Notes: a model not told the origin generated them from the letters alone. A stretch of 64,000 bases of DNA from a virus (IMGVR_UViG_3300023174_000090:32001-96000); one strand, 5' to 3'. Positions 9,054-19,842 are shown, counted from the first letter of the stretch. Numbers and translations are program-made.

Positions 9054-9533
9054 TTATTTTATATATTTGTTAAAAAACTCTAAATCATCACCATTTGGTA
9101 TTCCTACTTTTATAGTTTTATAATATCCTAAAGTATTATTAAATAATAATTTATTATTATTAATATATTTAAAATATTTTGTTTTTTTCTTTAATATATT
9201 CTTAATATTATTACCAAATTTATTAATATCTTCAAAATATTCTGAATATTCTATAGATAGTGTATTATTTTTATATATTGTATATATTTTAATATTTAAA
9301 TCTCTAAAGAGTATTATAAATGATTCTAAAATTTTGTCAAGTTCTTTTTCTAGAAAAAATTTGAAATATTTTTCTCTTTGGGTGATCTTTTTATTCCCTA
9401 TCAATCCCCATTCATCCATGTCTCTAATAATATTATCCGCTATATGGGATAGATATTCATCTATTTTAAATATTATAACTCTTTGATTTAAATATATTAA
9501 TAGATGCTCTTTAATTTTTGATTTTTCCAGCAT
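9054..9533 (-). CDS. hypothetical protein
   Basis: 159-aa ORF in an operon-like run. Confidence 0.55.
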   Translation of the reverse strand: MLEKSKIKEHLLIYLNQRVIIFKIDEYLSHIADNIIRDMDEWGLIGNKKITQREKYFKFFLEKELDKILESFIILFRDLNIKIYTIYKNNTLSIEYSEYFEDINKFGNNIKNILKKKTKYFKYINNNKLLFNNTLGYYKTIKVGIPNGDDLEFFNKYIK

Positions 9534-10083
9534 TTACTGCCAGTATAGCATCTACAATTGCATTTTCAAGCAATTCTTTTGGAATTTTCATAGAACCCTC
9601 TTGTACTATTTTGTTCAAATCTTCCATGTTTTTGACTATTTTTCTTTTAAAATCTATGCATTCTATCATTTCATGTTTAGAAAGATTTGAATATGTTGGA
9701 CTTTCTCTTAAATTAAAAGCTTCCATTAAAGGTTCCGCAGCTAAAGATATGATTGAAGCAATTTTTTTATACAATCTATCTAATGGAGATGTATATACAC
9801 GGTTTTCTTCTATTAAACTACTTGCAACATTTAAAAAATAACTCATAAGAGCGGATTTTTCCGATTGAATAGCAGTTCTATTTAAAAATTCTGCACTTTT
9901 TATATGAACTTTTCCATATGGATTGTGAGGACACCCAGATCCCACCGATTCAGAACCACAATATATGCATTTTCTATCAATATTCATATGCACATGGGTT
10001 TCTGTGGGGGAATATGGACACCCCCTACCAAAACAAGCAGCTCCGCAATATATACATTCAGAATTCATAACTGTATTTATCAC
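9511..10083 (-). CDS. hypothetical protein with two Cys/His metal-binding repeats
   Basis: CIYCG..CFGRGCPYSP..THVH and CIYCG...VGSGCPHNP..KVH; start may be 10068. Confidence 0.65.
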   Translation of the reverse strand: MINTVMNSECIYCGAACFGRGCPYSPTETHVHMNIDRKCIYCGSESVGSGCPHNPYGKVHIKSAEFLNRTAIQSEKSALMSYFLNVASSLIEENRVYTSPLDRLYKKIASIISLAAEPLMEAFNLRESPTYSNLSKHEMIECIDFKRKIVKNMEDLNKIVQEGSMKIPKELLENAIVDAILAVNAGKIKN

Positions 10084-10498
10084 TTCTATTCAAAAATTCT
10101 TTCGGAGGACTTCCAATTCGTACGTTTATAATGCCGTTATAGTAATCGTCTCGAAGTAAAACATCACGTTCTATCTGTTCTTTAATCTCAAAATATGCTA
10201 ATTCCCATTTGGAATGGCATGTTTTTATAATTTTAAACGTAAAATTTTCCTTACCATGTTTTTGTATATCTTGATTCAATTTTTCGGATGAACTTGTGTA
10301 CGATTTCCAATCAGATTCTACAAAATCAATTCGTTTTCTTTTTTTACCCTTCAGTGGTTTTCTTGTTAATTTAGATTTACATTGTTTTTTGCCAATATAT
10401 TTTTTATTTTCAATGTTATTTGTAATTTCGTAAATTATTCCAAATGTATTTTCATTTAAAATTACATTTTCAGTTAAAATCCAATGACCCGTATCCAT
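10058..10498 (-). CDS. GIY-YIG endonuclease
   Basis: FGIIYEITN....KKYIGKK followed by WKSYTSSS and YYNG. Confidence 0.85.
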   Translation of the reverse strand: MDTGHWILTENVILNENTFGIIYEITNNIENKKYIGKKQCKSKLTRKPLKGKKRKRIDFVESDWKSYTSSSEKLNQDIQKHGKENFTFKIIKTCHSKWELAYFEIKEQIERDVLLRDDYYNGIINVRIGSPPKEFLNRSDKYSYEF

Positions 10499-10767
10499 TA
10501 TAGTTCTTTTCTATTCAAACTTCTTCTGATAATTAAAGGAGTTTTAGAATTTTTTTTATTTTTTTTCTTTGATTTTTTCTTTGATTTTGTAGCAGGAAAA
10601 ACACCACCATATATATTTCTAGAATCCCCTTTAGCTATTGAATCTGAAGAATTAATACTGTCCGGAGGTCCGTATACAGCTTGAGCAGGACTACCAAAAG
10701 CACCACCATCTCCCGCAGTATTATCTTCCATAATTAATTCAAATGCTTGTTGAAATTTGTTTAACAT
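10498..10767 (-). CDS. small basic hypothetical protein, possible internal head protein
   Basis: MLNKFQQAFELIME leader, Lys-rich tail, TAAGTA motif upstream. Confidence 0.6.
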   Translation of the reverse strand: MLNKFQQAFELIMEDNTAGDGGAFGSPAQAVYGPPDSINSSDSIAKGDSRNIYGGVFPATKSKKKSKKKNKKNSKTPLIIRRSLNRKEL

Positions 10768-10788
10768 ATGTTATTATAAGAAATACTT

Positions 10789-11187
10789 ATGATGGACTTA
10801 GATAAATTCAAAGAAGAAATAGTCGAAGATACAAAAATCGATGAAATGAATTTAATGGAAAAACAGATGATGCTTCCCGCCATAAAACACAAATGGGCAG
10901 CAAGATTGATAGAAAAAAAGAGACAACTTAATTCTTTAAATAAAAAGAAAGATGGATTAAAGGAAAGAGTTTTAGATTCACTAAAGGAGAAGGGAATGCC
11001 GCCCGGAATTCCCAAAACTGCATTAGACAAAAAAATAGAATCTTCTGAAACAATTTTAAAAATACAAGAAGAGATTGAAGACGTTAAATTACATATAGAA
11101 TATTTGGAAAAAATAGAAACCATTTGCAGAAGCATGACATATGATTTGAAAAATATCATAGAGCTTACGAAGCTCGAAACAACATAA
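10789..11187 (+). CDS. uvsY: recombination mediator UvsY
   Basis: 132-aa helical protein (KHKW, YDLKNII) directly upstream of UvsW, as in T4-like phages. Confidence 0.75.
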   Translation: MMDLDKFKEEIVEDTKIDEMNLMEKQMMLPAIKHKWAARLIEKKRQLNSLNKKKDGLKERVLDSLKEKGMPPGIPKTALDKKIESSETILKIQEEIEDVKLHIEYLEKIETICRSMTYDLKNIIELTKLETT

Positions 11188-11188
11188 T

Positions 11189-12601
11189 ATGATAGAATTG
11201 CTACTCGAAGGTAATCAGGGAAAAATTTCAACAGATTCTTTAACTTTGAATTTGATAAGAGATCATCTCTCTATGGCAAATCCCGCATATAGGAGGAATA
11301 TACCCTACATACAAAGTAGGTTATATGCAATTACTCCCAGCGGGAAGTTTGATGTCGGATTACTAGGAGAAATAATACAACTTTTAAATCAAAATAGCTA
11401 CAATTACAACATTCACGATGATTTAAAAATAAAATATTATTGCGGATTCAAAGATATTTTTATTTATAAATTAAAATATGATTATAGAGACTATCAAGAG
11501 GAATCTATAAAAAACGCCATAAAACAAGGAAGAGGAATCACTGTAATCCCAACCGCAGGAGGAAAAACATTAATATGTGCAGGACTAATTTCTTCATTGA
11601 GACAAACATTAAAAGATGAAAACGCATTAGCTATGGTAATGGTTCCATCAATTCAACTTGTAGAGCAAACCGCCTCCGATTTTATATCATATGGAATGAT
11701 GAATGTAACCAAATGGTCTGGAGATAACAAACCAACTGAAGATGCAGATGTGATAGTAGCAGGAACTCAATTACTTTTAAGCGAAAAAACAGATTTATCA
11801 ATTCTATCGAATGTTAAAATATTGATAATAGACGAGTGCCATCACCTAAAAGCAAAAAATAAAATAAATAAAATACTGAAATTTGTAAAATCTGATCATA
11901 AATTTGGTTTTACAGGAACCATGCCTGTTCCCAAGATAGATCAATGGAATATAATAGGAAAATTAGGCCCGATAACATACGAACAAAAGACCTTATCTTT
12001 AAAAAATCAAGAATATATATCAAATTTTAAAATTATTATATTAAATGTTCAGCATAATCAAAAACCAAAAACAATAAAATCTTCAAATCCTGCGGCATCA
12101 TATGAAAATGAATTGGATTTCATTATAAACAATCATTACAGAAATGAAATTATATGTAAATTAGCAAATAATTTAGAAAACAATACTTTAATAATGGTTG
12201 ATAGAATTAACCATGGAGAAATTATGGAAAATGTATTAAAAAATATTTTAAATTTATCTAAAACTGTATACTTTATCAGAGGATCGACCGAAATGGAAGA
12301 CAGAGAATATATAAGAAATTTAATGAATGAGAGATCTGATATTGTTATTATTGCAATATCCAAAATATTTAGCACAGGTATTAATATACCAAATTTACAT
12401 AACATTATTTTTGCATCCGCTGGAAAAGCAAAGATTAAAATAATGCAATCGATAGGGAGAGCACTTAGATTGCATCCTACAAAAACATTAGCAAAAATAT
12501 TTGATGTTTCAGATAACACCAAATATTCCAAATTGCATTTAGAAGAACGAAAACTATTATACCAATCAGAAAATTATGAATACATCGAAAAAACGATATA
12601 G
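11189..12601 (+). CDS. uvsW: SF2 DNA helicase UvsW
   Basis: RDYQ, PTAGGKT, DECH, GFTGT, FSTGINIPNLHNIIFA, QSIGRALR. Confidence 0.93.
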   Translation: MIELLLEGNQGKISTDSLTLNLIRDHLSMANPAYRRNIPYIQSRLYAITPSGKFDVGLLGEIIQLLNQNSYNYNIHDDLKIKYYCGFKDIFIYKLKYDYRDYQEESIKNAIKQGRGITVIPTAGGKTLICAGLISSLRQTLKDENALAMVMVPSIQLVEQTASDFISYGMMNVTKWSGDNKPTEDADVIVAGTQLLLSEKTDLSILSNVKILIIDECHHLKAKNKINKILKFVKSDHKFGFTGTMPVPKIDQWNIIGKLGPITYEQKTLSLKNQEYISNFKIIILNVQHNQKPKTIKSSNPAASYENELDFIINNHYRNEIICKLANNLENNTLIMVDRINHGEIMENVLKNILNLSKTVYFIRGSTEMEDREYIRNLMNERSDIVIIAISKIFSTGINIPNLHNIIFASAGKAKIKIMQSIGRALRLHPTKTLAKIFDVSDNTKYSKLHLEERKLLYQSENYEYIEKTI

Positions 12602-13226
12602 AAAAACAAAAGATGAAGATTTTGACAATCTTAAATACTCAGCCGAAGAATCCGAATTATTGGGAATACCATTTAAAAATTTAGATACAGAAAATGAAGA
12701 CACCGAAGACAATAATGAAAATATTGATGACGATGAAATTGTTTCGGAGGATTCTGTGGATGAGTTTGTAGAACACAAAATAGATTACGATAAAAAACCT
12801 AAAAATAAAAAGAAAGCAGATAAGGAAAAATTTTATGTAGATCCAAAAGAATTTGATTCTAAAATATTAGAATATTATGAAACAGGAGTATTATCAAATG
12901 AATTAGCGGAAATGGTTAGTAAAATAGCACATAAATTAAGTTATGCTTCTAATTTTATAAATTATTCATTCAGAGATGATATGATAGGAGATGGAATTAT
13001 TAGAATGTTAAAAGCTCTCATGTCAAAAAAATACAATCACAGCAAGGGAACCAATCCATTTTCATATTTCACACGAATAGCATTCAATGCATTTCGTAAT
13101 AGAATTAAAAAAGAAAAACACATGTATGAAACTCATGAAAAATATCAAAATGAATTCTTGATGTTTTCCGAGGGATATAATAATATGATCAAGAAAAATA
13201 ATAAAAATATACAAAAATACGAATGA
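12576..13226 (+). CDS. gp55: late-transcription sigma factor gp55, with acidic N-terminal extension
   Basis: NFINYSFRDDMIGDG and NPFSYFTRIAFNAF.NRIKKEK are gp55 signatures; lies next to gp47. Confidence 0.9.
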   Translation: MNTSKKRYRKTKDEDFDNLKYSAEESELLGIPFKNLDTENEDTEDNNENIDDDEIVSEDSVDEFVEHKIDYDKKPKNKKKADKEKFYVDPKEFDSKILEYYETGVLSNELAEMVSKIAHKLSYASNFINYSFRDDMIGDGIIRMLKALMSKKYNHSKGTNPFSYFTRIAFNAFRNRIKKEKHMYETHEKYQNEFLMFSEGYNNMIKKNNKNIQKYE

Positions 13227-14272
13227 CAATTAAACAAGGTAAAATTGGAATTTTTTCAGATATTCACTTAGGATTGTGCCAAGACTCTAAAACATGGCAT
13301 GACATTTCATTGAATTTTGCAAAATGGGCGAGTGAAGAATTATATTCTAGGGGAATACAAACAATCATAATACCCGGAGATGTATTTCACAATAGAACTG
13401 AAATAGGAGTCGATACCCTATCTGTTTCTAAGAAATTTTTTGATTATTTCAAGAATTTTGAATTGATAATTTCCTCCGGAAATCATGATTGTTTTTTAAA
13501 ACAAGAAAGCTCTATCAATTCCATATCAATTTTAAATGGGTGGGAAAACATAACAGTTGTAGATGGAGACCCCTTGATATTAAAAAGAAATAAAAAAATA
13601 ATTTCAGTAATTCCGTGGGGAGTTGACATCAAAGATATTCCAAATACAGATATATGCTTTGGTCATTTTGAAATAAACACCTTTTATATGAATACATACA
13701 AGGTATGTGAGCATGGAATGGATTCCAAAAACATATTAGAGAAGGCTCCTATCGTATTTTCCGGACACTTTCATGGAAAAGAGCACAGAAGATACGATAA
13801 GGGAGAAATTATATATGTTGGAAGTCCACATCAACATAATTTCGGAGACGAAAATCAGCAGAGAGGGATATATGTGTATGATATAGATACAAATGATTTA
13901 GAATTTATTGAAAATACAGTATCTCCTAAACATATTAAAATATTTTTGAATAAAATTCAAAAAGAAGAGCAAAGTGTCGAATTTTTACAAAAAAACGTTC
14001 CGGACAATCTAATATGTTTCATAGTTAATACTGAAATATCAGAAAGTGATCTGGAATCTTTAATTTCTAAGATCAAAAGCTTAAACCCGAAAACATTTAG
14101 GCTTGATTACGAATCTAAATCGGAAAAATTAATTGAAAATTCGGATAAACATGATTATAATATGGTAAACATAGAACAAAATATTGCAGATTTTGTAGGA
14201 TCTACTAATTTTACACACAAAGATAGCGTTGTAAAGTATTTAACAGATTTATACAATCAAATTAGAAAGTAA
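13223..14272 (+). CDS. gp47: recombination endonuclease subunit gp47 (Mre11/SbcD-like)
   Basis: SDIHLG, GDVFH, GNHD, GHFE, SGHFH metallophosphoesterase motifs. Confidence 0.92.
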   Translation: MTIKQGKIGIFSDIHLGLCQDSKTWHDISLNFAKWASEELYSRGIQTIIIPGDVFHNRTEIGVDTLSVSKKFFDYFKNFELIISSGNHDCFLKQESSINSISILNGWENITVVDGDPLILKRNKKIISVIPWGVDIKDIPNTDICFGHFEINTFYMNTYKVCEHGMDSKNILEKAPIVFSGHFHGKEHRRYDKGEIIYVGSPHQHNFGDENQQRGIYVYDIDTNDLEFIENTVSPKHIKIFLNKIQKEEQSVEFLQKNVPDNLICFIVNTEISESDLESLISKIKSLNPKTFRLDYESKSEKLIENSDKHDYNMVNIEQNIADFVGSTNFTHKDSVVKYLTDLYNQIRK

Positions 14273-14275
14273 TTT

Positions 14276-15031
14276 ATGAAAGAACACATAGGAATTGGAA
14301 TATTGGATATATATGATCAAGAAGATTTGGAATCTTGTTATTCATCGATACCGGAAGAGTATAGAGATAATGTTTTAATCGCTTCGGCAACCAACAACTC
14401 GATTGCTTCCAATATAGCACATAAAAAATTTAACGAAGTTTCCATGGCAACTCTTAGAAATTGGATAATTTCAAAATTCAGAATAGACGGATTAAAATAT
14501 ATTTTTATTATTAGTTCGAATCAAATTATAGATGATCCGAAAATATTCGAAAAGACAATTAAACTCGGAGAAACCTTTGGTACATGGTTTATATTGGGAG
14601 ATGGAAAGAATTCACTACCAATGGAAGATGAATCCACCGGAAATACTATTTATGCTACTCCAGAAATGAATAGTGACTTCATGTTTATTCTCTCTGGAAT
14701 AGTTTCAAATACCGGATACTTCGATGAAAGATTTTACAACACTAAAGATTTAGATGTTTTGGATTATATAATGAAATTAAGAAAAAAGGGAATATATCCA
14801 CCCGCAAATTATAATTTAAGCATTGGAAATGGAGTCAAAGGACTTAATAAGCCAATCAAGAAAATAAAATATGCAGATGTGAATAATCCCGATAGAAGCG
14901 TTGGTATTTCGTATGGATATTTTAAACATATTCATAATTATTTGCCGGGAGTTAATGACCCTTCCGGAATAACACAAGAAAAATTGATTGAATTTATGCA
15001 AGAACTTCAAAAAAATTATGCAAAAAGATAA
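14276..15031 (+). CDS. GT2-like protein lacking the DxD motif (probably inactive paralog)
   Basis: Aligns by eye with the next two GTs (IGIG.., GYFDERFYN, K.G.YP) but has IFIISSN where they have FL.EDD. Confidence 0.6.
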   Translation: MKEHIGIGILDIYDQEDLESCYSSIPEEYRDNVLIASATNNSIASNIAHKKFNEVSMATLRNWIISKFRIDGLKYIFIISSNQIIDDPKIFEKTIKLGETFGTWFILGDGKNSLPMEDESTGNTIYATPEMNSDFMFILSGIVSNTGYFDERFYNTKDLDVLDYIMKLRKKGIYPPANYNLSIGNGVKGLNKPIKKIKYADVNNPDRSVGISYGYFKHIHNYLPGVNDPSGITQEKLIEFMQELQKNYAKR

Positions 15032-15875
15032 AATAGGACTCGGACTGATAACATGTGACCGATATAACTTTTTGGAAAAAAGTTTACTATCAGTATTTAA
15101 AGCCACTAGTGGACTAGATGATAATTTTTTCAAATTCATATTGATAGATGATACGTCATCTCCTATACCGGAAGGCTCGTATGATTTTGCAAATGAGTTT
15201 AACCTTGAAAAGATTCACACTACAGGAGAGGAAGGGGTGGGAATAGCCAAGAACAAGGCACTAAAAGCATTAATAGATGCAGATTGTGAACATATTTTCT
15301 TAATGGAAGATGATGTTGAAATGCTAGATGCTTCTATTTTTGAAAAATACATCAACGCTTCTAGAATAACTGGAATCAAACATCTCAATTTTGCTCTTCA
15401 TGGCAATCATAACAGAGATTTTAATAGTAACCCAACACCAAGAAGAACTATAAATTATCCAGATAATGAAACACGAATAGTTTTATATCCAAATATTCTA
15501 GGAGCATTTAGCTATTATCATATAGATGTTTTAAATGAAGTGGGATTGATAGATGAACAGTTTTACAATGCCTTGGAACACGTAGATCATACATATCAAA
15601 TAATAAAGGCAGGATATCACCCATATTTTAGATGGTTTGCTGATATAGAAGGATCGGAAAAATATTTAAAAGACATTGTACCCGATCATATGAACAGTAA
15701 AATACGATCTGAACAGGATTTTGTTGAAAATTTTATGAAAAATCATGACAGATTTGTATCCAAAAACAATTTTGCAGTTGTATACGGAAAGGGTCCAATA
15801 GAAAACACTTATACCGAAGAAGAAGTTGTCAAAAATTTACAAGAAATATGGAAAAAACACCACTACAAGGAATAG
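15018..15875 (+). CDS. GT2 family glycosyltransferase
   Basis: IGLGLITCDR, GVGIAKNKAL, HIFLMEDD, GLIDEQFYNALEHVD; ATG at 15018 preferred over 14988. Confidence 0.82.
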   Translation: MQKDKIGLGLITCDRYNFLEKSLLSVFKATSGLDDNFFKFILIDDTSSPIPEGSYDFANEFNLEKIHTTGEEGVGIAKNKALKALIDADCEHIFLMEDDVEMLDASIFEKYINASRITGIKHLNFALHGNHNRDFNSNPTPRRTINYPDNETRIVLYPNILGAFSYYHIDVLNEVGLIDEQFYNALEHVDHTYQIIKAGYHPYFRWFADIEGSEKYLKDIVPDHMNSKIRSEQDFVENFMKNHDRFVSKNNFAVVYGKGPIENTYTEEEVVKNLQEIWKKHHYKE

Positions 15876-17329
15876 GAGTGGCGATTATTACATACAATCG
15901 ACCAGAATATTATAAAAAAGTATTAAAAACCATACCCAGACATAGGATAAAATCCCTATTAGTGGTAAATGACGGAGAAAACTCGTATGTTGAGGAAACA
16001 GATGCAGATTTTGTTATAAAACATAACGCAAAATTGGGTGTTGCGGTATCAAAAAATCATGCACTTCATTTTTTAATAGAAAAAATGAAGTGCGAACATT
16101 TGTTTTTGATTGAAGATGACATATTGGTATTGGACGAAAATGTATTTGACGAGTATATCAAGGCCGCAAATTCTACCGGAATACATCATTTATGTTATGA
16201 AAAGGTAAATGGCAATGAAAAAACTTTAAAATTTACACAAGAGCAACCTGATGGAGTAAAAATTGGTTTTTATCATAATCCCCAAGGAGCATTTATGTAT
16301 ATGAATGCAAATTTAATTAAAAAACTTGGATACTTTGATGAAAATTATATAAATGCATTTGAACATGTGGATTTTGAATATAATTTGGTAAAAAATGGAG
16401 TAGCCCCATCATTTTGGTATTTCCCCGATTTACTGGAAAGCAATAAATTTTTAAAAGAAATTGAAGGAAGCTCTGAAAACTCTTCAATAACAAATAAAGA
16501 AGGATATAAAGAAAATGTAGAAAAATCTGCTCATTATTTTACAAAAAAATGGGGACATTTTACAAATGCTATAAAAGATGAAGGACAAATTCCATTATTA
16601 CATTCTTTAATACACCTACAGGCAAATTATTCCAGAAAAAAACTCATAAACAAAGACAAACGATTGGCAATTATAATTCCATATAGAGATAGGAGAACTT
16701 CTTTGGAGAATTTATTGCCAAATTTAAGAAAATATGTAGAAAAACAAGTAAAGCATTTTGATATCTACGTTGTAGAACAAAATGACACTAAATTATTTAA
16801 TAAAGGATTACTAAACAACATAGGATATATTTTAAATTCCAATTATGACTATTACTGTTTTCATGACGTTGATTTAATCCCAGAAATGTCGGATTATTCA
16901 TATCCAACAAGACCAATACACCTTAGTTCACATTGTAGTCAATTTAATTATATTAATATACCAGATAAAATAATGGGAGGCGTTATTCTCTTTACAAAAG
17001 AACATTTTAAATTGACTAATGGATATCCAAATGACTATATAGGCTGGGGAGGAGAAGATAACAACTTGTATGCTAGATGTGAAAAGGTGAATATTCCCCC
17101 TCTAAAACATTCTTTCGGAAAATATTTCTCTATACCACATGAGCACAGATTATTCAACCCCGAAGAAAAGAAAAAGCATTTGGAGAATGGAAAAAAAACA
17201 GATGATTTTATCGCTGGAATTACAAATTTACAAGATAATGGATTATCTACCATAAATTTAAATGATTTTGAAATTCAAAAAGCAAATTTAAATGATTTTT
17301 TTCACATAAAAATAAAACCCAAAATTTGA
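15848..17329 (+). CDS. two-domain glycosyltransferase: GT2 fused to GT7 (beta-1,4-galactosyltransferase-like)
   Basis: N-half IITYNR...LFLIEDD; C-half AIIIPYRDR, FNKGLLNNIG, FHDVDL, NGYPNDYIGWGGEDN (GT7 WGGEDD motif). Confidence 0.88.
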   Translation: MEKTPLQGIGVAIITYNRPEYYKKVLKTIPRHRIKSLLVVNDGENSYVEETDADFVIKHNAKLGVAVSKNHALHFLIEKMKCEHLFLIEDDILVLDENVFDEYIKAANSTGIHHLCYEKVNGNEKTLKFTQEQPDGVKIGFYHNPQGAFMYMNANLIKKLGYFDENYINAFEHVDFEYNLVKNGVAPSFWYFPDLLESNKFLKEIEGSSENSSITNKEGYKENVEKSAHYFTKKWGHFTNAIKDEGQIPLLHSLIHLQANYSRKKLINKDKRLAIIIPYRDRRTSLENLLPNLRKYVEKQVKHFDIYVVEQNDTKLFNKGLLNNIGYILNSNYDYYCFHDVDLIPEMSDYSYPTRPIHLSSHCSQFNYINIPDKIMGGVILFTKEHFKLTNGYPNDYIGWGGEDNNLYARCEKVNIPPLKHSFGKYFSIPHEHRLFNPEEKKKHLENGKKTDDFIAGITNLQDNGLSTINLNDFEIQKANLNDFFHIKIKPKI

Positions 17330-17345
17330 AAAATACAATAAAACA

Positions 17346-17353
17346 TATAAATA
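17346..17353 (+). promoter_or_regulatory. exact T4 late promoter TATAAATA upstream of the distal GT genes
   Basis: TATAAATA ends 10 nt before ATG 17364. Confidence 0.5.
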
Positions 17354-17363
17354 ATTTATTAAA

Positions 17364-17906
17364 ATGAGTAAAAGACTTTCTATATTAACGCCTACATTAA
17401 ACAGTAGAAAACAATTGTTTCAGAATTTAGCAAAAGTATTAAAGGCCCAATCAAACTCCCAAGTGGAAATGCTGGCACTTTGCGATGATGGAGAACAATC
17501 TATAGGCAAGAAAAGAAATGAGCTTGTAGAAGCAGCCAAGGGAGATTATGTCGTGTTTATAGACGATGATGACATGATTTCTCCGTTTTATGTATTTGGA
17601 ATTTTAGAGGCAATAAAAAACAATCCGGACTGCTGTGGAATCGAAGGTATAATAACAGAAAGACGATCCGGTCCCAAAAAATTTGTTCATTCGTTAAAAT
17701 ATACAGATTGGTTTGAAAAAGATGATGTTTATTACAGATGTCCAAACCATTTAAACCCGATTAAAAGAGAGATAGCAATGGATGTAAAATTTCCAGAATT
17801 ATACTTCGGAGAAGATAAAGACTTTTCACACAAACTTATTGGAAAATTAAAAACTGAAGTTTTTATAAATGGTCCAATTTATTATTACTATCCATCAATT
17901 AGCTAA
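17364..17906 (+). CDS. GT2 family glycosyltransferase
   Basis: LSILTPT, SIGKKRN, YVVFIDDDD, GED. Confidence 0.85.
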   Translation: MSKRLSILTPTLNSRKQLFQNLAKVLKAQSNSQVEMLALCDDGEQSIGKKRNELVEAAKGDYVVFIDDDDMISPFYVFGILEAIKNNPDCCGIEGIITERRSGPKKFVHSLKYTDWFEKDDVYYRCPNHLNPIKREIAMDVKFPELYFGEDKDFSHKLIGKLKTEVFINGPIYYYYPSIS

Positions 17907-17908
17907 AC

Positions 17909-19168
17909 ATGAAAAACAATCTAAAATTATTAATTAAATTTCCGACAAGAGGAAGACCCGAAAAATTTTTCAATGTATTGAACAAATATATTGAAATGGC
18001 GCATGAACACAATTCAATTGCATTTTTAATATCTATGGATGCAGATGATAAATCCATGAATAATGATATTATTAAAAATAAATTAAATGATATTCAAAAA
18101 ACAGTTAAATTGGTATATTTTTATGGAAATAGTAAGACTAAAATAGAAGCTATCAATGCTGACATGGGAAACGTATCCGGATGGGACATAGTTTTACTCG
18201 CATCTGATGATATGATTCCAATAGTACATGGATATGATTGTATTATAAGAGATCATATGAAAGAATTTTTTAGAAATACTGATGGGTGTTTATGGTATTC
18301 GGATGGAGGTCAAAATAATATCTGTACGTTGAGTATTTTAGGAAAAAAATATTATGATCGATTTGAATATATTTACAATCCAGAATATAAAAGCTTGTGG
18401 TGCGATAATGAGCATACAGATGTAATGACACAATTGGGAAAGGTTTATAAATCCGATCAAGTTATTATAGAACATCAACATCCCGTTTATCAAAAAACAA
18501 ATTATGATGAATTATATGTTAGAAATGAATCATATTTTAACATTGATAGAGAAATTTATGAAAAAAGAAAAGTTAAAAATTTTGATTTGAATTTAAACTA
18601 TCCACTTTTATCAATATTAACGCCATCAATTACAAGCAGAATGGACTCGCATTTAAAAAAATTGATTGAAAAATTGAAAAAACAAATTGGAAATAGTAAT
18701 GTCGAACATTTAATATTAACGGATAATAGAAAAAGAAGCATAGGAGAAAAAAGACAGTCATTGTTAGATGTTTCTAATGGAAAATATGTAACATTTATTG
18801 ATGATGATGATGATATTTCAGATGATTACATAGAATGTGTATTGAATGCAATTGAAGAAAATGCAGACGTTATAACATTTAAACAAAAATGTTTAATAAA
18901 TAACAATCCACCATCTATTATAAATTTTTCTCTACAAAATAAAGAAAACGAACCCTATCTTCCGGGAATGCTTATAAACAGAATGCCATTTCATGTGTGT
19001 ATATGGAAGTCTAAAATTGCTAAAAAATATAAATTTCCAAGTACAAGTTACTCAGAAGATTGGTTTTGGGTGGAACAGTTATTGAAAGAAGTTAAAACCG
19101 AATTTCATATAGATAAAGCGATACATAGCTATATCTACGATGAAAATGTAACAACAACTCCTTTATGA
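17909..19168 (+). CDS. tandem two-domain GT-A glycosyltransferase
   Basis: N-domain FPTRGRP...LASDDM...WCDNE; C-domain LSILTPS...SIGEKRQ...FIDDDDD...SED, paralogous to 17364..17906. Confidence 0.82.
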   Translation: MKNNLKLLIKFPTRGRPEKFFNVLNKYIEMAHEHNSIAFLISMDADDKSMNNDIIKNKLNDIQKTVKLVYFYGNSKTKIEAINADMGNVSGWDIVLLASDDMIPIVHGYDCIIRDHMKEFFRNTDGCLWYSDGGQNNICTLSILGKKYYDRFEYIYNPEYKSLWCDNEHTDVMTQLGKVYKSDQVIIEHQHPVYQKTNYDELYVRNESYFNIDREIYEKRKVKNFDLNLNYPLLSILTPSITSRMDSHLKKLIEKLKKQIGNSNVEHLILTDNRKRSIGEKRQSLLDVSNGKYVTFIDDDDDISDDYIECVLNAIEENADVITFKQKCLINNNPPSIINFSLQNKENEPYLPGMLINRMPFHVCIWKSKIAKKYKFPSTSYSEDWFWVEQLLKEVKTEFHIDKAIHSYIYDENVTTTPL

Positions 19169-19842
19169 AATCTTGTATTATTAATTTTGCAAATGGTTAT
19201 TGGTATGAAAATGGAAAGAATAGATTATTAAACTCTATCAATGCTTTTAAAAAAGAAACATCAACATATGATTTTTTATCATTTAAAGATTATAGTGATA
19301 TCGGTTCTCCGCATCATAAAGATTTGAATTATGCTTTTAAATTTTATAGTTTCAAAAAGGCATTGGAAATGGGATATCAAAATATCCTATGGCTGGACTG
19401 TTCCATGTATGCAATAAAAAATATTGATGAATGTTTTGAGCACATTAACAACTGTGGATATGCAGTTACATGGTCAGAATATAATAATGCACAATGGACA
19501 AATGATAGAACACTAGAAGCATTTAATATGACCAGAGATGAGGCGGAAAAAACTAGACATATCTATAGCGGATGCTTTGGAATTAGTACAAATTATACAA
19601 AATTTCAAGAATTTTATACAATGTATGAAACCCATCTTCCATATTTAAATGGGGCTTGGAATAACAACAATAAAACAGAATCTTTAGATGAAAGATGTAA
19701 GGGACATAGACATGATCAAACCATATTAAGTTTAATATTAAATAAATTAGAAATGGACGACACTAATGGAACTTTTTTTGAATATTGGAATTCTTCGGAA
19801 AATTATAAACAAAAAACTTGCTTTATAGCGAGAGGTATGTGA
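19165..19842 (+). CDS. nucleotide-diphospho-sugar transferase-like protein (GT-A)
   Basis: YAFK, ILWLDCS, GHRHDQTILS motifs. Confidence 0.7.
   Translation: MKSCIINFANGYWYENGKNRLLNSINAFKKETSTYDFLSFKDYSDIGSPHHKDLNYAFKFYSFKKALEMGYQNILWLDCSMYAIKNIDECFEHINNCGYAVTWSEYNNAQWTNDRTLEAFNMTRDEAEKTRHIYSGCFGISTNYTKFQEFYTMYETHLPYLNGAWNNNNKTESLDERCKGHRHDQTILSLILNKLEMDDTNGTFFEYWNSSENYKQKTCFIARGM

Noticed and set aside
10058-10498. GIY-YIG gene as an intron-encoded mobile element
   Set aside because: Free-standing, abuts its neighbours and interrupts no gene
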